A stretch of DNA of 63,279 bases, counting the filler, from Dugesia japonica (Eukaryota): the NCBI GenBank assembly GCA_001938525.1. It is 5 parts of 5 records of this genome, joined end to end, with 100 filler letters (N's around TTAATTAATTAA, not from the genome) between each part and the next. Parts side by side here need not be neighbours in the genome. Positions count along the whole stretch, not along the records: positions 9,466 to 22,115 come from MQRL01607947.1; positions 22,216 to 31,752 come from MQRL01575423.1; 3 more parts are not named here. The stretch is one strand, 5' to 3'. Of this stretch, positions 14,090 to 26,424 are shown one piece after another. Each line of letters begins with the position of its first letter. The first letter of the stretch is position 1. The notes beneath the pieces are model-generated. The model was given only the letters and a program-made list of their open reading frames with translations, was not told the origin of the DNA and ran no database searches. The position numbers and the translations under genes are program-made.

Positions 14090-14275
14090 AATTTCATTAT
14101 TATTTTCCTAAACGATATTATGAATTCCTTCACGATTTAATTTCTCAACAATTAATTTACAATAACCATTTTTATTTAGTAAAGAATTTAAACTTTGAAT
14201 ATGAGCACAAGACTTAAAATATGTAGAGGAAAGAGTCCACGGTCTATAACAGTCCTTTAATCATGTTATACTTGT
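14090..14275 (-). mobile_element. Penelope-like RT C-terminal fragment
   Basis: IKGLL...HIQSLNSLLNKNGYCKLIVEK resembles the PLE 'L..NGYP...I' motif. Confidence 0.45.
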
Positions 14276-14619
14276 CACGAGATTCACAAAAACTAACAGG
14301 AAGTTAAAATAAGTATTTCTATGTAAAAAAATTCTAATTGAATATTACATAAAATATTACATAAAATATTACATAAAATAAAATACATAAAATTAAGTGT
14401 AATTTTTAAAATCCAGATGACAGCAAAAAATGCAAAATGTATATATGTTTTATATTTAAATGTAATCCTTTATTTTCGTTATGAATAAGCTGTATTTATT
14501 TTGAGCATATATGTGAGGTGGGCAAGGTATATTAAATTTTAAGTGGGGTTTAAGTATAAAAGGTGAGGGATTCCTGCTATACACCTATTTGAAAAATAGT
14601 AAAAATATTGTATTGATTT

Positions 14620-14950
14620 ATTATCATATAAAAGTTTCCCGTAGTTTAACTTTTTTAAGTGATCTTGGTATATTTCTAAAGAAACTCGGGTTTTCAACGG
14701 AATAATTATTACTTTTGAAAGATGCCAGAATTGTCATTATGCATTTTCAAGAAGTAGTACTTTTATTTTATCATACTAAAAATTTCTCAATTGGATTTAA
14801 TTTTGATGAATTAAGAACTTGTTTATTCTTTTCTTCATCTTATCGGGCACATTAGCTGATTTAAGGAAGCAAACAATATTCATAAGTAGAATGCTATTTG
14901 TTCTACGGACAACATTTGTAACCAGGTTGTTTTCAATAAAAGTAACGAGA
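14620..14950 (-). mobile_element. Highly decayed IS630/Tc1-like transposase C-terminus
   Basis: NSILLMNIVCFLKS (resembles MDNAxFHKS), SSKLNPIE (resembles SPxLNPIE), FRNIPRSL. Confidence 0.35.
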
Positions 14951-15802
14951 GACAATATTATAAGTGACTATCATCAATTGATCAGAAATAACGCCCAAGA
15001 TCTTCTTGTATGGTGATTAAATCAAATTTCATCTCATGACAAACTTGCAACGTCTCATTTGCATTGATTGCTTTTAAATTAATTTTATTCCCAGAGTTCC
15101 TCTCTACATGAACTAATGACAACCTTTTTCTTGTAAGTTTCGTCATTTTTAGCTCTTCTAAGATTGCTGGCTGTGATAACATCTTGTCTATCAGCGTTTT
15201 TACGTCAAAATGAAATTCATTCTGTATTAAATTATTATTTTCTGTTATCAACCTGAAAGTGTACTCTTCATCTGGTTTTAAAATAAAATTTCTTGCTTTG
15301 CAAGTATTTTTAAATTTCCTTTTCAGGAACTTTGTATAATTTTATTATTATTGTGACAGCCTGTCTATAAATTTAAAGCATTTCTAAAATTCTTTTAATT
15401 GATTAATTTTTAAATTGTGTCATAGAGATAATATTGAAAAAAATTTGCTGTGTACTACTATTACTTGTCCTTCTCACCATACTTTTTTCAAATGTGAAGT
15501 ATAAATTTAAAATAAAATCATGGCGGCAACTATTCTAAAGAAGAAATATCTATAGCTTTGTCAAACCTAAATAAGCTCTGGTTTCTATAGTATTTTTATT
15601 AATTTTTAAAACGGTGCATTGAATTATTATTTATTTATTGTTTAATTATTTCTTTGGACAAGAAGCCTAATTTAGTATTTCATTTCTGTTATTCGAAACT
15701 CTTTGAAATCTACAAAGTTTAGATTTACATTTTATTAACAACTATATATTGATACTTTTATAACTCAATAATCTACAGTATTGTAATTTGAACAAAATTT
15801 AG

Positions 15803-16009
15803 AAATATGGGCTTGATTACAAAAAATTGCCGATCAAGCGGGACTGTCCGAAATGGATACATGAATTAGCATTAGATTGTTGTATGGTTTGCATTCCACG
15901 GCGGCCTACTATGAGAATTTCTTATCAAAAGATTGTTGAGAATAAAAGATATATTGAACTGTGGCGAAGTATTAGGGAACAGAAGAAGCCTAATTTCAGC
16001 TTAAATCAT
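15803..16009 (+). CDS. TESK/LIMK-family protein kinase, next exon (subdomains X-XI)
   Basis: TTTAG acceptor. KYGLDYKKLPIKRDCPKWIHELALDCCMVCIPRRPTM...NH, in phase with the previous exon. GTAAGT donor at 16010. Confidence 0.85.
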
Positions 16010-16957
16010 GTAAGTACTTTTAAATTAGTAAAATGAAACAAAGTTAATGACACTTAATTTGCGATACATTTATTAACTTCCTAAAAATGAAATCATTTTA
16101 TATTACAATCAGATACCTATTAAAACTTCGATTTAAATCTTAAATTTAGCAGTTTTTCAATAAGTAATTGTTTTACTGTTAAATTAAATGTATTGTATTA
16201 TAAATTGATTTTATTTATACTCTAAATTTACTCTTTTAAGTAAATTAAATAAAAACGTATTCTTATTATTTTTAAATACAATTGATACAGAAATACATGA
16301 AACTGCAAAACTTCAATCTATTTCTATATTTTTGTTTTAATAGTTTCAATGAATTAACTTTTCCTATACGAAATGTATTTAGTTTAGTAATTTCGCTGAA
16401 TCAATCACTAAAATGAATCGCCAACATTTTGTACATTACGTTAACAGTATTTTATACTTAGTGCTAAAGAAATCCAACTGGAAATATATTACTTAGAATT
16501 AACCAACAGTTTTAACAGCAATAATTTCTTTTCTTTCATTTATTATTAAAATGATTATTTAATCCAATTTAAATATTTAATCTAATAATTTAACACAATA
16601 TAACATTGCTAATGTACGAAAACCATGAAATAATCTAGATTTTAATTTATTGGTTGATTGATTGCACTCAAACTCTTAAATTATAGTTTTTATAAATTTA
16701 TATTTTTAAGATTTTTTTAGTTTTTCGATTCAAAGTTATTTTGTTGATTTGTTTTGCATATGAATTATTTGTTTTGAAATAGAAAACATTAATTTTATAT
16801 TATAAATAAACTTCTTTGAATGAATGAAAGTAATAATTAAAAAAATACTTATTTAATTCATTGATTGATTGATATATTATTTCATTACTCGTTTTAATAT
16901 TAATGATATTATCATTATTAAATATTGATTTGCGTTAATTTTTTAATTTATTTCTTT

Positions 16958-17219
16958 TAGGGTTTCCAATACAGGTATTATTTTTAAAAACCGGTATTTC
17001 AGAATTAAACCATTACGGGAACTGGAAATATCGATATTTTCAGAATTAAAAATTCAGCTCAAAAATACAAATGTTTAAAATTATTTTTAAGTAATTTTAT
17101 ACTTGTATTTTTAAGCCAAATTTTTAATACAGAAAATACTGGTATTTCCAGTTTCAGTATTGGCTTAATTCTGAAATACCTGGATTCCGGTTTGGTTAAT
17201 TATGGAATTGGAAATCCTA
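16958..17219. mobile_element. hAT-type MITE, largely palindromic
   Basis: TIR TAGGGTTTCCAAT / ATTGGAAATCCTA. Perfect 8-bp TSD ATTTCTTT (16950-57 and 17220-27). Internal inverted repeats. Confidence 0.9.
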
Positions 17220-17419
17220 ATTTCTTTTATACAATTATTTATGCAGTTATATGAATTGTTAATTTACTTATATACACTATAAAATTGATAAGACGGCTTT
17301 AAAAGTACAAGGTGTTTATTATATTAGTATATTAGAATACTTTGATTTCAAATATTCTTATGAACAACAAAGATAAAAAGTTAGTAGTAGTTTTTTTGAT
17401 GAACATTTATTTTAAAGAA

Positions 17420-18420
17420 GTACAATATTTGATTATACAATATGTCACCAGTTCATAGTTATACAATGTCTTAATAAATATATACTACATTTTGTCATGC
17501 TGGCTTGCACGTTTCATTTTCTACTTTATGACAAGCATGCTTGATTCAGTCCCTAAGCTCAACGATTGGGAAGGTTTTGTTTTAGAAAACACTGTTTATT
17601 AGATACCGTCATTAGTGGTCTAGTGGAGTTAGATCGGGCGAACAAGGTGGTTATTCAATTAAATCTCGTCTTCTAATCCAGCTATTACGAAATTTTGTGT
17701 TCAGCTAATGTTTTACCACATGCGAATAGTAAGCCGTGCTCGATTGTGTTGACAGTACTTAAGACACTCATTATTCTAGGCCATAAAAAATCTTTCAGCA
17801 TCTCATAATAACAAACGCGAAATTACCATATTTTCCAAAAATATGACTCAATGATATCCATTGAAGTTCAACTGCGCTAGAATGTTACTCCAAGCTTTGA
17901 GTTGACAACATAAATTGTTTCTTTAGGGTTAGATTCTGCCAATTAGAGAAAATTGTGACTATTAAAACTTCATTACTATGAAATTACTTTTGTCTGATCA
18001 TTTAACTTGTTGAGCAAAGAAGAATTTTTTTCGAATGCTGGAAATATTATCTCAATTTGTCTATGAAAGTCATCTTATTTGGGTAGGTTGTAATGAGTGA
18101 AAACCTGTTTTTCTAATGACATTGTAGTATTAGATGCGTACATTCACGTCCAGCCCGAGATTACCTTGACATATTGTACTCAAGTACTTCTCGAACGTTT
18201 TCAAAGATTTTTTTTGTTACAACTAAACAAGGTCATCACTAACAGTCTTGAACCTTTCCACCAATTTTTTTATCATTTGTTTACTTGGTGGTTGAGTTAT
18301 TAAATTATGTTTCTACTGACTGATCATCTCTTGAAAATTCTCAAATTTGACATTCCACAAAATAATTTGAATTCTTTCTTCCATGGAAAGTCGGATAGCT
18401 ATTTTTTTTACGAACAACTA
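17420..18420 (-). mobile_element. Tc1/mariner transposase remnant
   Basis: YYEMLKDFLWP, WIRRRDLIE*PPCSPDLTPLD (WPPxSPDLTPLD), IVELR...KHAC. Many lesions; upstream boundary approximate. Confidence 0.8.
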
Positions 18421-19269
18421 AATTAATTATTATACATTTAATTAATATAAAAAAAATTACTGATATCTAATTTTAATAACTTGCAATTGGAAATGAAAGT
18501 ATGTTAACATACACAATAAATTGTACTTGCCAGTATGAAAATGATAACTTCTATCATTTTGATTGGTTTTTAAATGGATTTAATGTTCTATATCAGTTTT
18601 TCTCAATAATGTCTTGCAAAGTAATTGTGAAATGTTAAAATTAACTATTATGTGCCATGAAAATCGACACACAAATCGTTATTTTAAATAAATAAATTAA
18701 TAATATATAAAATGTGTAATCAACGATTCTCTGTAATAATTGAAAATTTAGAGTTTATTAATCAAATAAAGTCATCTTTCACAAAATATTCTGTGTAACC
18801 TTTTATTTCATTTTTAAAATTGTTAAGAATTTTCAATTTTATATGCTTTTGTTTGAACTTTGAAATATATTAAAATTATTGAAATAAATTCATTAAAATA
18901 TTAATATAAATGTGCATAGTTTACGATTCATACTTTAAATATGCGTACTTAAATAATGCGTCTAGATAAAATTAAATTTTTTATAATATTTTTATTATTA
19001 TGAATTTTTTACTGACTTTTTTCATTTTCTGTAAAAAGTTATTCTTGAAAATTGAAACTATTTTTGAATATATTATGTACCGTGCCATAAATAGATCACT
19101 TACACAATATCTAATAAACACTGATACACATTGCTTTACGTATATTATTACGGAATTATTTTTATAACACTTGTGAAATCCTTACAATAACTTTAAAAAG
19201 TTTTATTTTTTCTTTTTAAATCTATTTCACTGCTTTTCTTTTATTAATTTAGTTTATTTTTGAATTTTT

Positions 19270-20115
19270 CTTGGTCCTAAAGTCTAAAAAATGTTTGTGA
19301 GGTCTAAAAAGTCTAAAAGTGACGTGTTTAACTCACCTCATTCATAATTGCCCTCTTAGAGTCAAAATGCAGTATGAGGATGTAAACATTTTGATTTCTG
19401 CTGTGAAAGTCTCTGGTGAAAAAATAAAAACAGAAAGCATTTATTTGAAGACATGCCATCATCGCCAGAATCAGTTATTACCAATGGGTAGTTGGTTTGA
19501 AGTTTCGTTTATTATGCAAATCATTTGCCAAAGGTGAACCAGATTGTCACTAGTTTCGAAGATGAGGGGATAATTGTCAGTAAGGCAAAACAAAGTATCG
19601 ATCAAACTTCTGTTTGTCAAAATTTTGCTCAAATTTCATCTTGCTACAAATCATTGTCTTTGTTTTGCATTCAAGAGGCTTTAGATGATTTAGGCAAAAT
19701 GAATTTTGAAAGTGATCCATGTCGAATCAAGCAATATTTGGAATCAAGAATTCAGAAAAACGACATAATCAAAATAGGAAAATCTTAAAATTTCACCAAA
19801 CGATTATTATTTATTACTGAAATGCCAGTTAACGTCGTCAAGTGTTGAGAAAATATTTTCGATGCTCAATAAATCGCAAGCTAAATATCAAAATTTTTGC
19901 CCTCAAAATATGAAATTTTATATCGGATCCATGTTTAATTAAAAATAATATTTTATACTTTTATGTTATATTTGGTAATAAATTTTGATCACTTAAATTT
20001 CTATTTAAACGTTAAATTTAATACAATTTTAAATAATTTTTAGATCTAAATGAGGTTAACAATTTTTTTAGGTCTAAATTTAAAGTCTAAAAAATAACTA
20101 AAAAATTGCCCTAAT
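19270..20115 (+). mobile_element. hAT-like transposase C-terminal remnant with GGTCTAAA subterminal repeats
   Basis: TCLTHLIHN (CxxH), degenerate RWGSW, KCQLTSSSVEKIFSML (resembles TSxxVERSFS). Confidence 0.7.
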
Positions 20116-20394
20116 TATTACTATTAGTTAATTCAACATTTTCAGCACAGTTTACAATTAAAATTTTCTTCATTATAACAATTTATCCTTGACAATATCT
20201 TTAAAACTATTCTATTTACTTTGCTTGAAATTGTCTTTCTATAATTGTTTATCTTTTAATGAATATTATAGCAATTTTCTCATAACTATATAAATTTAAT
20301 AATAATTTTAAAATAATTTTCTTTAATTAATTTATATTTAATTATAATTAAATAATAATTATATTTATTCAATATTAAATTCTAATAAAATGTT

Positions 20395-20572
20395 GATCCA
20401 CAGATATTTCCTATAAAATAAATTCCCTATAAAATACATTTCCTAAAAAATAGATTTTACAGCAAATTTATTTTTAGGAAATGTTTTTTATATGAAATGT
20501 ATTTTATAGGAAATTTATTTTATAGGAACTGTATTTTATAGGAACTGTATTTTATAGGAAATGTTTGGGTAC
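20395..20572. mobile_element. Mutator/Foldback-like MITE with 16-bp subrepeats in inverted arms
   Basis: Left arm ATTTCCTATAAAATA repeats, right arm TTTATAGGAACTGTAT repeats. G...C termini. 9-bp TSD TAAAATGTT / TAAAAGGTT (one mismatch). Confidence 0.75.
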
Positions 20573-21289
20573 TAAAAGGTTAACTAAATTTGCATTAAAC
20601 AATTTACACTTAAAAACCAATTTTAAAGTCATTCTCAAAACATTTCTAGCTTTAAAATAATCTTACAGTTACTATTAATACAATCAATTACAACCAAATT
20701 CTATTCGAATTATGTAAGTTTGTTCTAAAAATATCATACGAATTATTTTATGAATTTTCAAATTACACTAAAACTACATCAATGTGAATGAGAGTAAATA
20801 TTTACCAGAGTTATTCTATATACACGTCAAAACTGATTTGATTAATTTTTTTTCCAAAAACAAACTAGTATGCGGCATCCATTTATTGTCATAAATTATA
20901 TTACAAGATAAAATTTTTCTATATATAATTTTTGTTATAATGTTTCAAAATATATTTTTATGAATTATCAGTTATGTGGAATTTAATTGTTTTTCTTTTA
21001 TTTTTTCTAGTTCAGTATTTTAATTTTTTTAATGTTGCAGTAAAATTTCCGTTCTTTATAGAGTTTTTTAAGTTGGGTAATTTACAAATAATAAATCATT
21101 AACTCAAAGAAATTAACTCCAATGTTAAGTGCTCACATTTTCATAAACAAGGGCATTAAACATCAATGTTACTGATTAAAAGAAATATTTCCTACACAAG
21201 GAGCAAGAATAAATGAAAAAAAGACTGAAGAGAAACACATGGATGAATATGATGAATACGAAAAGTCACGCCAAAATGCCAAAGCTTTT

Positions 21290-21800
21290 GTATTAGAGAA
21301 CAGTGAACCTTGCTGGCATATCTAAAGAGCAGGATTAAACAAATTCAGAAAATGCTGAATTCATACATTGTTATAGTCATAATTTAAATCTAGTTGTTAA
21401 TAATAGTGCAAGCTCTTGTCATTCTGTATCCTCCTTTTATACCGTGCTTCAAAATATATACCCATTTTTTGGAAATAGCATGAATAAGTTGGATCTTCGT
21501 TCCAAATTTAGTGGAGAGTCAAAAGTTATATTAAGAAAACTTAATCCATTACGCTAGTCAGGCAGAATATAATCTATAATTGCGTCAAAAGTTCGTTTTG
21601 TTGTAATCTTAAAGGCATTAACTGAAATTAATATTAACAGCAAAAAAATAAGAAGAAAGAGATGAAGGACTGCAGATCATAAAATATATTACCATATTTG
21701 ATTTTGTATTTATCAGCGTATTTTCATTTAAAATTATGTCGGAAGTTAATTTTGCTTCAAAATATTTGCAGAAACAAGATATTGATTGTAAGATAGTTTT
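21290..21800 (+). mobile_element. hAT (ZMYM1-like) transposase remnant
   Basis: CYSHNLNLVV, FYTVLQNIYPFFGNS, LRKLNPLR*SGR (resembles LKxLxxTRWS), FDFVF...SKYLQ. Confidence 0.8.
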
Positions 21801-22009
21801 TAAAAGCAGATTTGACTTTTTTGTATTTTAAGGCGGAATTTATTGAACTCAGATTTGTTAAATATTTAAATTTGTATCATAAAAATAATTTATCATTATC
21901 ATTATTTATAAAAATAAATAAATGTGTATTAAAATTTTTGTAATTTGGTATAATTTTTAAAATTATCAAATTTTCTAATTGTCAATAAAATATATTCTTT
22001 TTACTGTAT

Positions 22010-22115
22010 CTCTGTTAAACCTCTGGTTTATAAACGTTATGTCGATGACATTTTTCTTGTTTTTGAAAATCGTTCCCAAGTACATCCGTTTTTGGAGTAT
22101 ATGAATAACTTGCAT
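22010..22115 (+). mobile_element. Penelope-like reverse transcriptase fragment
   Basis: KPLVYKRYVDDIFLVFENRSQVHPFLEYMNNLH (RYVDD core). Cut by the spacer. Confidence 0.8.
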
Positions 22116-22215
22116 NNNNNNNNNNNNNNNNNNNNNNNNNNNNNNNNNNNNNNNNNNNNTTAATTAATTAANNNNNNNNNNNNNNNNNNNNNNNNNNNNN
22201 NNNNNNNNNNNNNNN
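22116..22215. other. Artificial scaffold spacer
   Basis: 44N + TTAATTAATTAA + 44N. Confidence 0.95.
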
Positions 22216-22684
22216 CAATGTTTACTGATGATAGTTATCAATGGTTTTGTCACTATTTACAGGTCTTTACTCTCCACTAGTCGTAAATGTACTGTTTAAT
22301 TAGTATTTAATTTGATCTTTATTTTACTTGTAATTTTTAAATTAAATTAGATTTCGTTTATTTTTTTAATAAATTGTTCCACTTTTATCGAAAAAATCTA
22401 ATTTAAGTTTAATTTATAATATGAATTTTTTATTAAGCTTTAGATAATTTGAAGCTATTTGTTGAAAATAACCTATATAATTGATTGAATAAATTAAGTA
22501 TTTGAATTGATTAATTTTCAATGTGTAATTTGATTAAATTGTGAGTAAATTGAATTATGGTTTGAATAAATTTCTAAAGGTAATTTTGAAAATAAAATTT
22601 AAATTTTTAGGTTAAATTAAAATTATAATAGCAANNNNNNNNNNNNNNNNNNNNNNNNNNNNNNNNNNNNNNNNNNNNNNNNNN

Positions 22685-23129
22685 CCATTTTCTTTGCCAT
22701 AAATTTTATATATTGCACAAATTATTAGCATTTTTGATAAGAGTTTTTCATTCGTCAAATCTCCATTTGCTAAAAATTTATCGACCAAATCTTCAACTTT
22801 TTAAAAAAAAACACCTCAAGTTCTTCATCACCACGTTGATACCTAACAATATTCTGTAAATCTTTTGTTATGTCTCTCTTGCTCTCAAAAGCTAATCGCA
22901 ATCTCTCTCGATATTCATCAGCTTTCTTCAATGTCTTTACATATGCTTCCATTAAATCCTCGCGAAGAATACATGTTACCCAACGTTCCTGATCTTTCTT
23001 ACCAACCATGTTCTTTCCCTCAAAGTATATATCACATCGTTTGATAAACTTTTCTAGATCATCGCCTATGCAAAACACTTTTGACAACAACCTTTCTGTG
23101 ATTGCATCCGGTGTTTACCGCTACCACCA
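22685..23129 (-). mobile_element. Gypsy-like PBS plus gag 5' remnant
   Basis: PBS TGGTGGTAGCGG directly after the LTR-terminal CA. F..GDDLEKFIKRCDIYF is homologous to the gag at 43458-43787. Confidence 0.75.
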
Positions 23130-23454
23130 TGTTAGTTGGGTTTGGAAAACTCGTCGTATTATCAATATCAAAATCCGAATTCATAACAACACTTTATTAA
23201 AATCAAAACTATAACCAACATTAATTGTTAAACAAACAAAAAAAATCGTGCTTTTTAATTGGTTATCTTCTTTTCTAAAACACATGATTTTAATTTGTTT
23301 GTTTAACAATTAATGTTGGTTANNNNNNNNNNNNNNNNNNNNNNNNNNNNNNNNNNNNNNNNNNNNNNNNNNAGTTTTGATTTTAATTAAGTATTTCTTA
23401 TGAATTCGGATTTTGATATTGATAATACGACGAGTTTTCCAAACCCAACTAACA
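23130..23454 (-). repeat. 5' LTR (TG...CA) that is itself a long imperfect palindrome
   Basis: The first 57 nt are the exact reverse complement of the last 57 nt. Inverted similarity continues inward to about 23257/23276. Contains a 50-N gap. Confidence 0.75.
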
Positions 23455-24029
23455 GTGCATATAAGAATTTTAACAGCCTATCGCGTTCTCGAAAGATTGA
23501 TAATTAGTATTACTTAACTCGAANGAATCTTCACTAGAATTAAATTGTTGTCATGAATCAATGATTAGATTATGATGAATCAAAACATGCTTATAATTAT
23601 CAGTCGTTGACAGCTTTCATTAGTTTAAAATTAATATTGTGATTATGTAAAGACGACCTATTCGGCACCGTTGCGGAGTTATGCTTTGGATTTAATAATA
23701 ATGGTTATCTTTTGGATTAAAGACTCATTAATATAATCACTGTTCAGATGAACAACTCTCGACTCCCGAGATTATAACGAATGGGTTTCCTAATGATTTA
23801 CTAGTTTCGTGAAGTGATCATGTGTTGTTTCGAGTTGATACAGTTGTCTAGGTCAAGAAATGATGAAAAGTAAATTTACAAACATGTCCAAGCATTTAAT
23901 TAACTTATTAACGATTATTAAAGATCCTACAAATTTATATTAAACAATTTTATAATAACAATAGTTGTTCTATTGATCTACTGTGCATAGATGTCAAGAA
24001 GAGTAATGCAGGCCGAAACCGAGAGAACT

Positions 24030-24911
24030 TTAAGTGAACAAGGATGATCGTCCTGCTAACCAGATGTCGAATTTTTCGGATTTGCTGGGGTTCAAAGGAA
24101 CGGATTTCGAGCCCTGGTGGATAACTCAGAATCAACTATACAAGGAAACAAAGATTATCGAATTGAAAGAACAACTTGAGAAGCAGTGGTGGAGTCATCA
24201 AAGGAAGTCAACATATTGAAGGATGAGAGAAAAGAATAATTAATAGATCTCTTAAATAATACGACGCAACTGCTGCAGCAACAAGTGAATTTCTCGGATA
24301 AGATTTAGCCAATGATGGTAGAGTTAAAGGAACCGAAGAAGCAAGCCAAGAGATTCTAACAACGGATATATGAACTAAATGTAAATCATGTGCGAATAAC
24401 ATATTTTAGCGTAGCGATTCTTTTCCGTGTTATTATAATCTTTTATAATTTTATCTCAGTCGAGAAACTTTAAAATAAATTTCAACTTCGCGATAGAACA
24501 TGGATTAATGATATATTTTATNATCATTCTTTAATTTTCATTTTAGATTTCTATTCAGTATCAAATTCAAAAGTCACCTAATCGAATGCTTTTTCTATAG
24601 TCGTTCTAAAAACGAAATGGTGCGCCTTGCACAAATAATTGCAGAATAAAATAACGCAGTTCCAGCAAAAGAACGTCGGAATACGAGATCGGAATACAAA
24701 GCTAAAAGAACGAGACCTGGTGTTGTCGCAATCTAGCCACACGATGAAGGATATAATAAAATCTTACGCAGGAAGAGAGAACGTATTAATAGCTACAGTT
24801 CGCACTCTAAGCCAGGCATTATGGACTGGAGAAGAGATCAAGAATAGCCATCTAGAAATAATAACGTTAGATGACATCCAATTAATGCTGATCGTATCGT
24901 TTTTCGTTTAA
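24030..24911 (+). pseudogene. Degraded members of an unassigned coiled-coil ORF family
   Basis: 24639-24911 LKERDLVLSQSSHTMKDIIKSYAGRENVLIATVRTL aligns with minus-strand copies at about 44600-44910 and 50920-51100. Confidence 0.5.
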
Positions 24912-25229
24912 AGGGTTTCTGTATTGCGTTGACTTTATGTAACGAGAAAACGAATAAACAAAGCCAGGATTGGAAACTGCAGCCGCCAGAGAAGAATGAA
25001 TGAAACTCAAAGACGNNNNNNNNNNNNNNNNNNNATGGACTCGGATTAGATGTCACAATCTACAATGCATTGTCAAATTTCTGCCCGCTTCGGAGTATCT
25101 ATCCATAGAAGATATTGACATAAAGAAAGACAATATAACGAAGAATAGCAAACAAGAGAATCGAGAGAAAGTGTCCACGAAGTGATAATAACATCAAAAA
25201 CCCTCGAAGCCCAACAGAATAATCTATTA

Positions 25230-25600
25230 TAATTTTGNATAAATCCAAATAAATTTTTTAATTCAAAATATCCTTCACGTGTATTTTTAGGACTATATTA
25301 TAATCCTAATCTTTTCCAGTGACCAGCATTAAAATCTTCGCCACCTCTTTCTGTATCTCAATTGTTTTCATCTGGAATCCAAACTGTTAATTTTTCATAT
25401 TCATGTTTCGTTGAAATTGTTTCTCGATTATTCATACTTTCTACTTCTGATGATCCTAATTTTAATCTTATTGATTTAAATAAATTTGGAAACCAATTAT
25501 TTTCTAGTGTTATTTTATCGTTATTTGCTATGGTTATTTCTAATTCTATAATAATAAAAGGTATGTTATCAGCCGCAAACCACTCCATGATAAAAGAATC
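25230..25600 (-). pseudogene. Polinton/adintovirus-like major capsid protein fragment
   Basis: TLENNWFPNLFKSIRLKLGSSEVESMNN..TIST, then FELKNLFGF.QNY, resembling the Polinton MCP pattern 'N....LF..IRY.LNG.EI' ... 'PL..LFGF..DY'. Confidence 0.55.
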
Positions 25601-26424
25601 CGCATAGAACTAAAGGGTTCCCGTCAACCACTCGCTTTTTAGACGCCTCATTTTTGTCTTTTTCGTTTGTTTACTCGGATCTTGCTGAAGAGATCTTATT
25701 TTGCTCAACATCAGTGCCTTTCGACATCTTTGTTTATTCCTTTTTTCCAACGATCCTCTTGCTCGCATTGAATTTTCCACCAACCACCGCCCTTATTTGG
25801 CACATCAATTACTTCAAGAAGTTCCTTGATCCTGTTCACTTTACATGTTTTCATCTTTTAGCTTAAGTAGAAAATTTATAATTTTGAGCATCACGCACAA
25901 ACATAGTTCTTTCTTAGTTCTTTACTGAATAATTTTCATTAAATCTTTCAAAGTTTTTAAACTTTAATAAACTTTCAAGAAAATCAAACAAACCAAAAAA
26001 AATAAACCAACATACACCACTATGTTATGGATGGATGAATTGAGCTGGAAGTGACATCACGCTAGTTGTATTTTATAATTGACCAGTTGGACCAAAAGAG
26101 TTCTAAGCTGTCATTGGTGAATTGTCATGGTAAACTAATATTAATACAATTTTTAAATCATCTTTACGCTTCAGAATATTTTTATAAGTTATATCATTAT
26201 TTAATTTGTTTATCCTTTAAATGTTTTAATTACAAAAGACACATTAAAAAATATCAACAAAAATAAAATAAAATTACTTGCATTGTGACTAATAATTTTT
26301 GACGAAATTGTACACCCTATTAACCATTACTAATAATAATTATCGCATATTTTTTACAGATTTTGATTTCATTTAAGAAACATTTTGTTAAATAATCGGT
26401 ATTAGTTTAAATCTAAATATTTAC

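Noticed and set aside
15495-15530. Perfect Kozak GCCGCCATG on the minus strand
   Set aside because: Followed by a stop after four codons.
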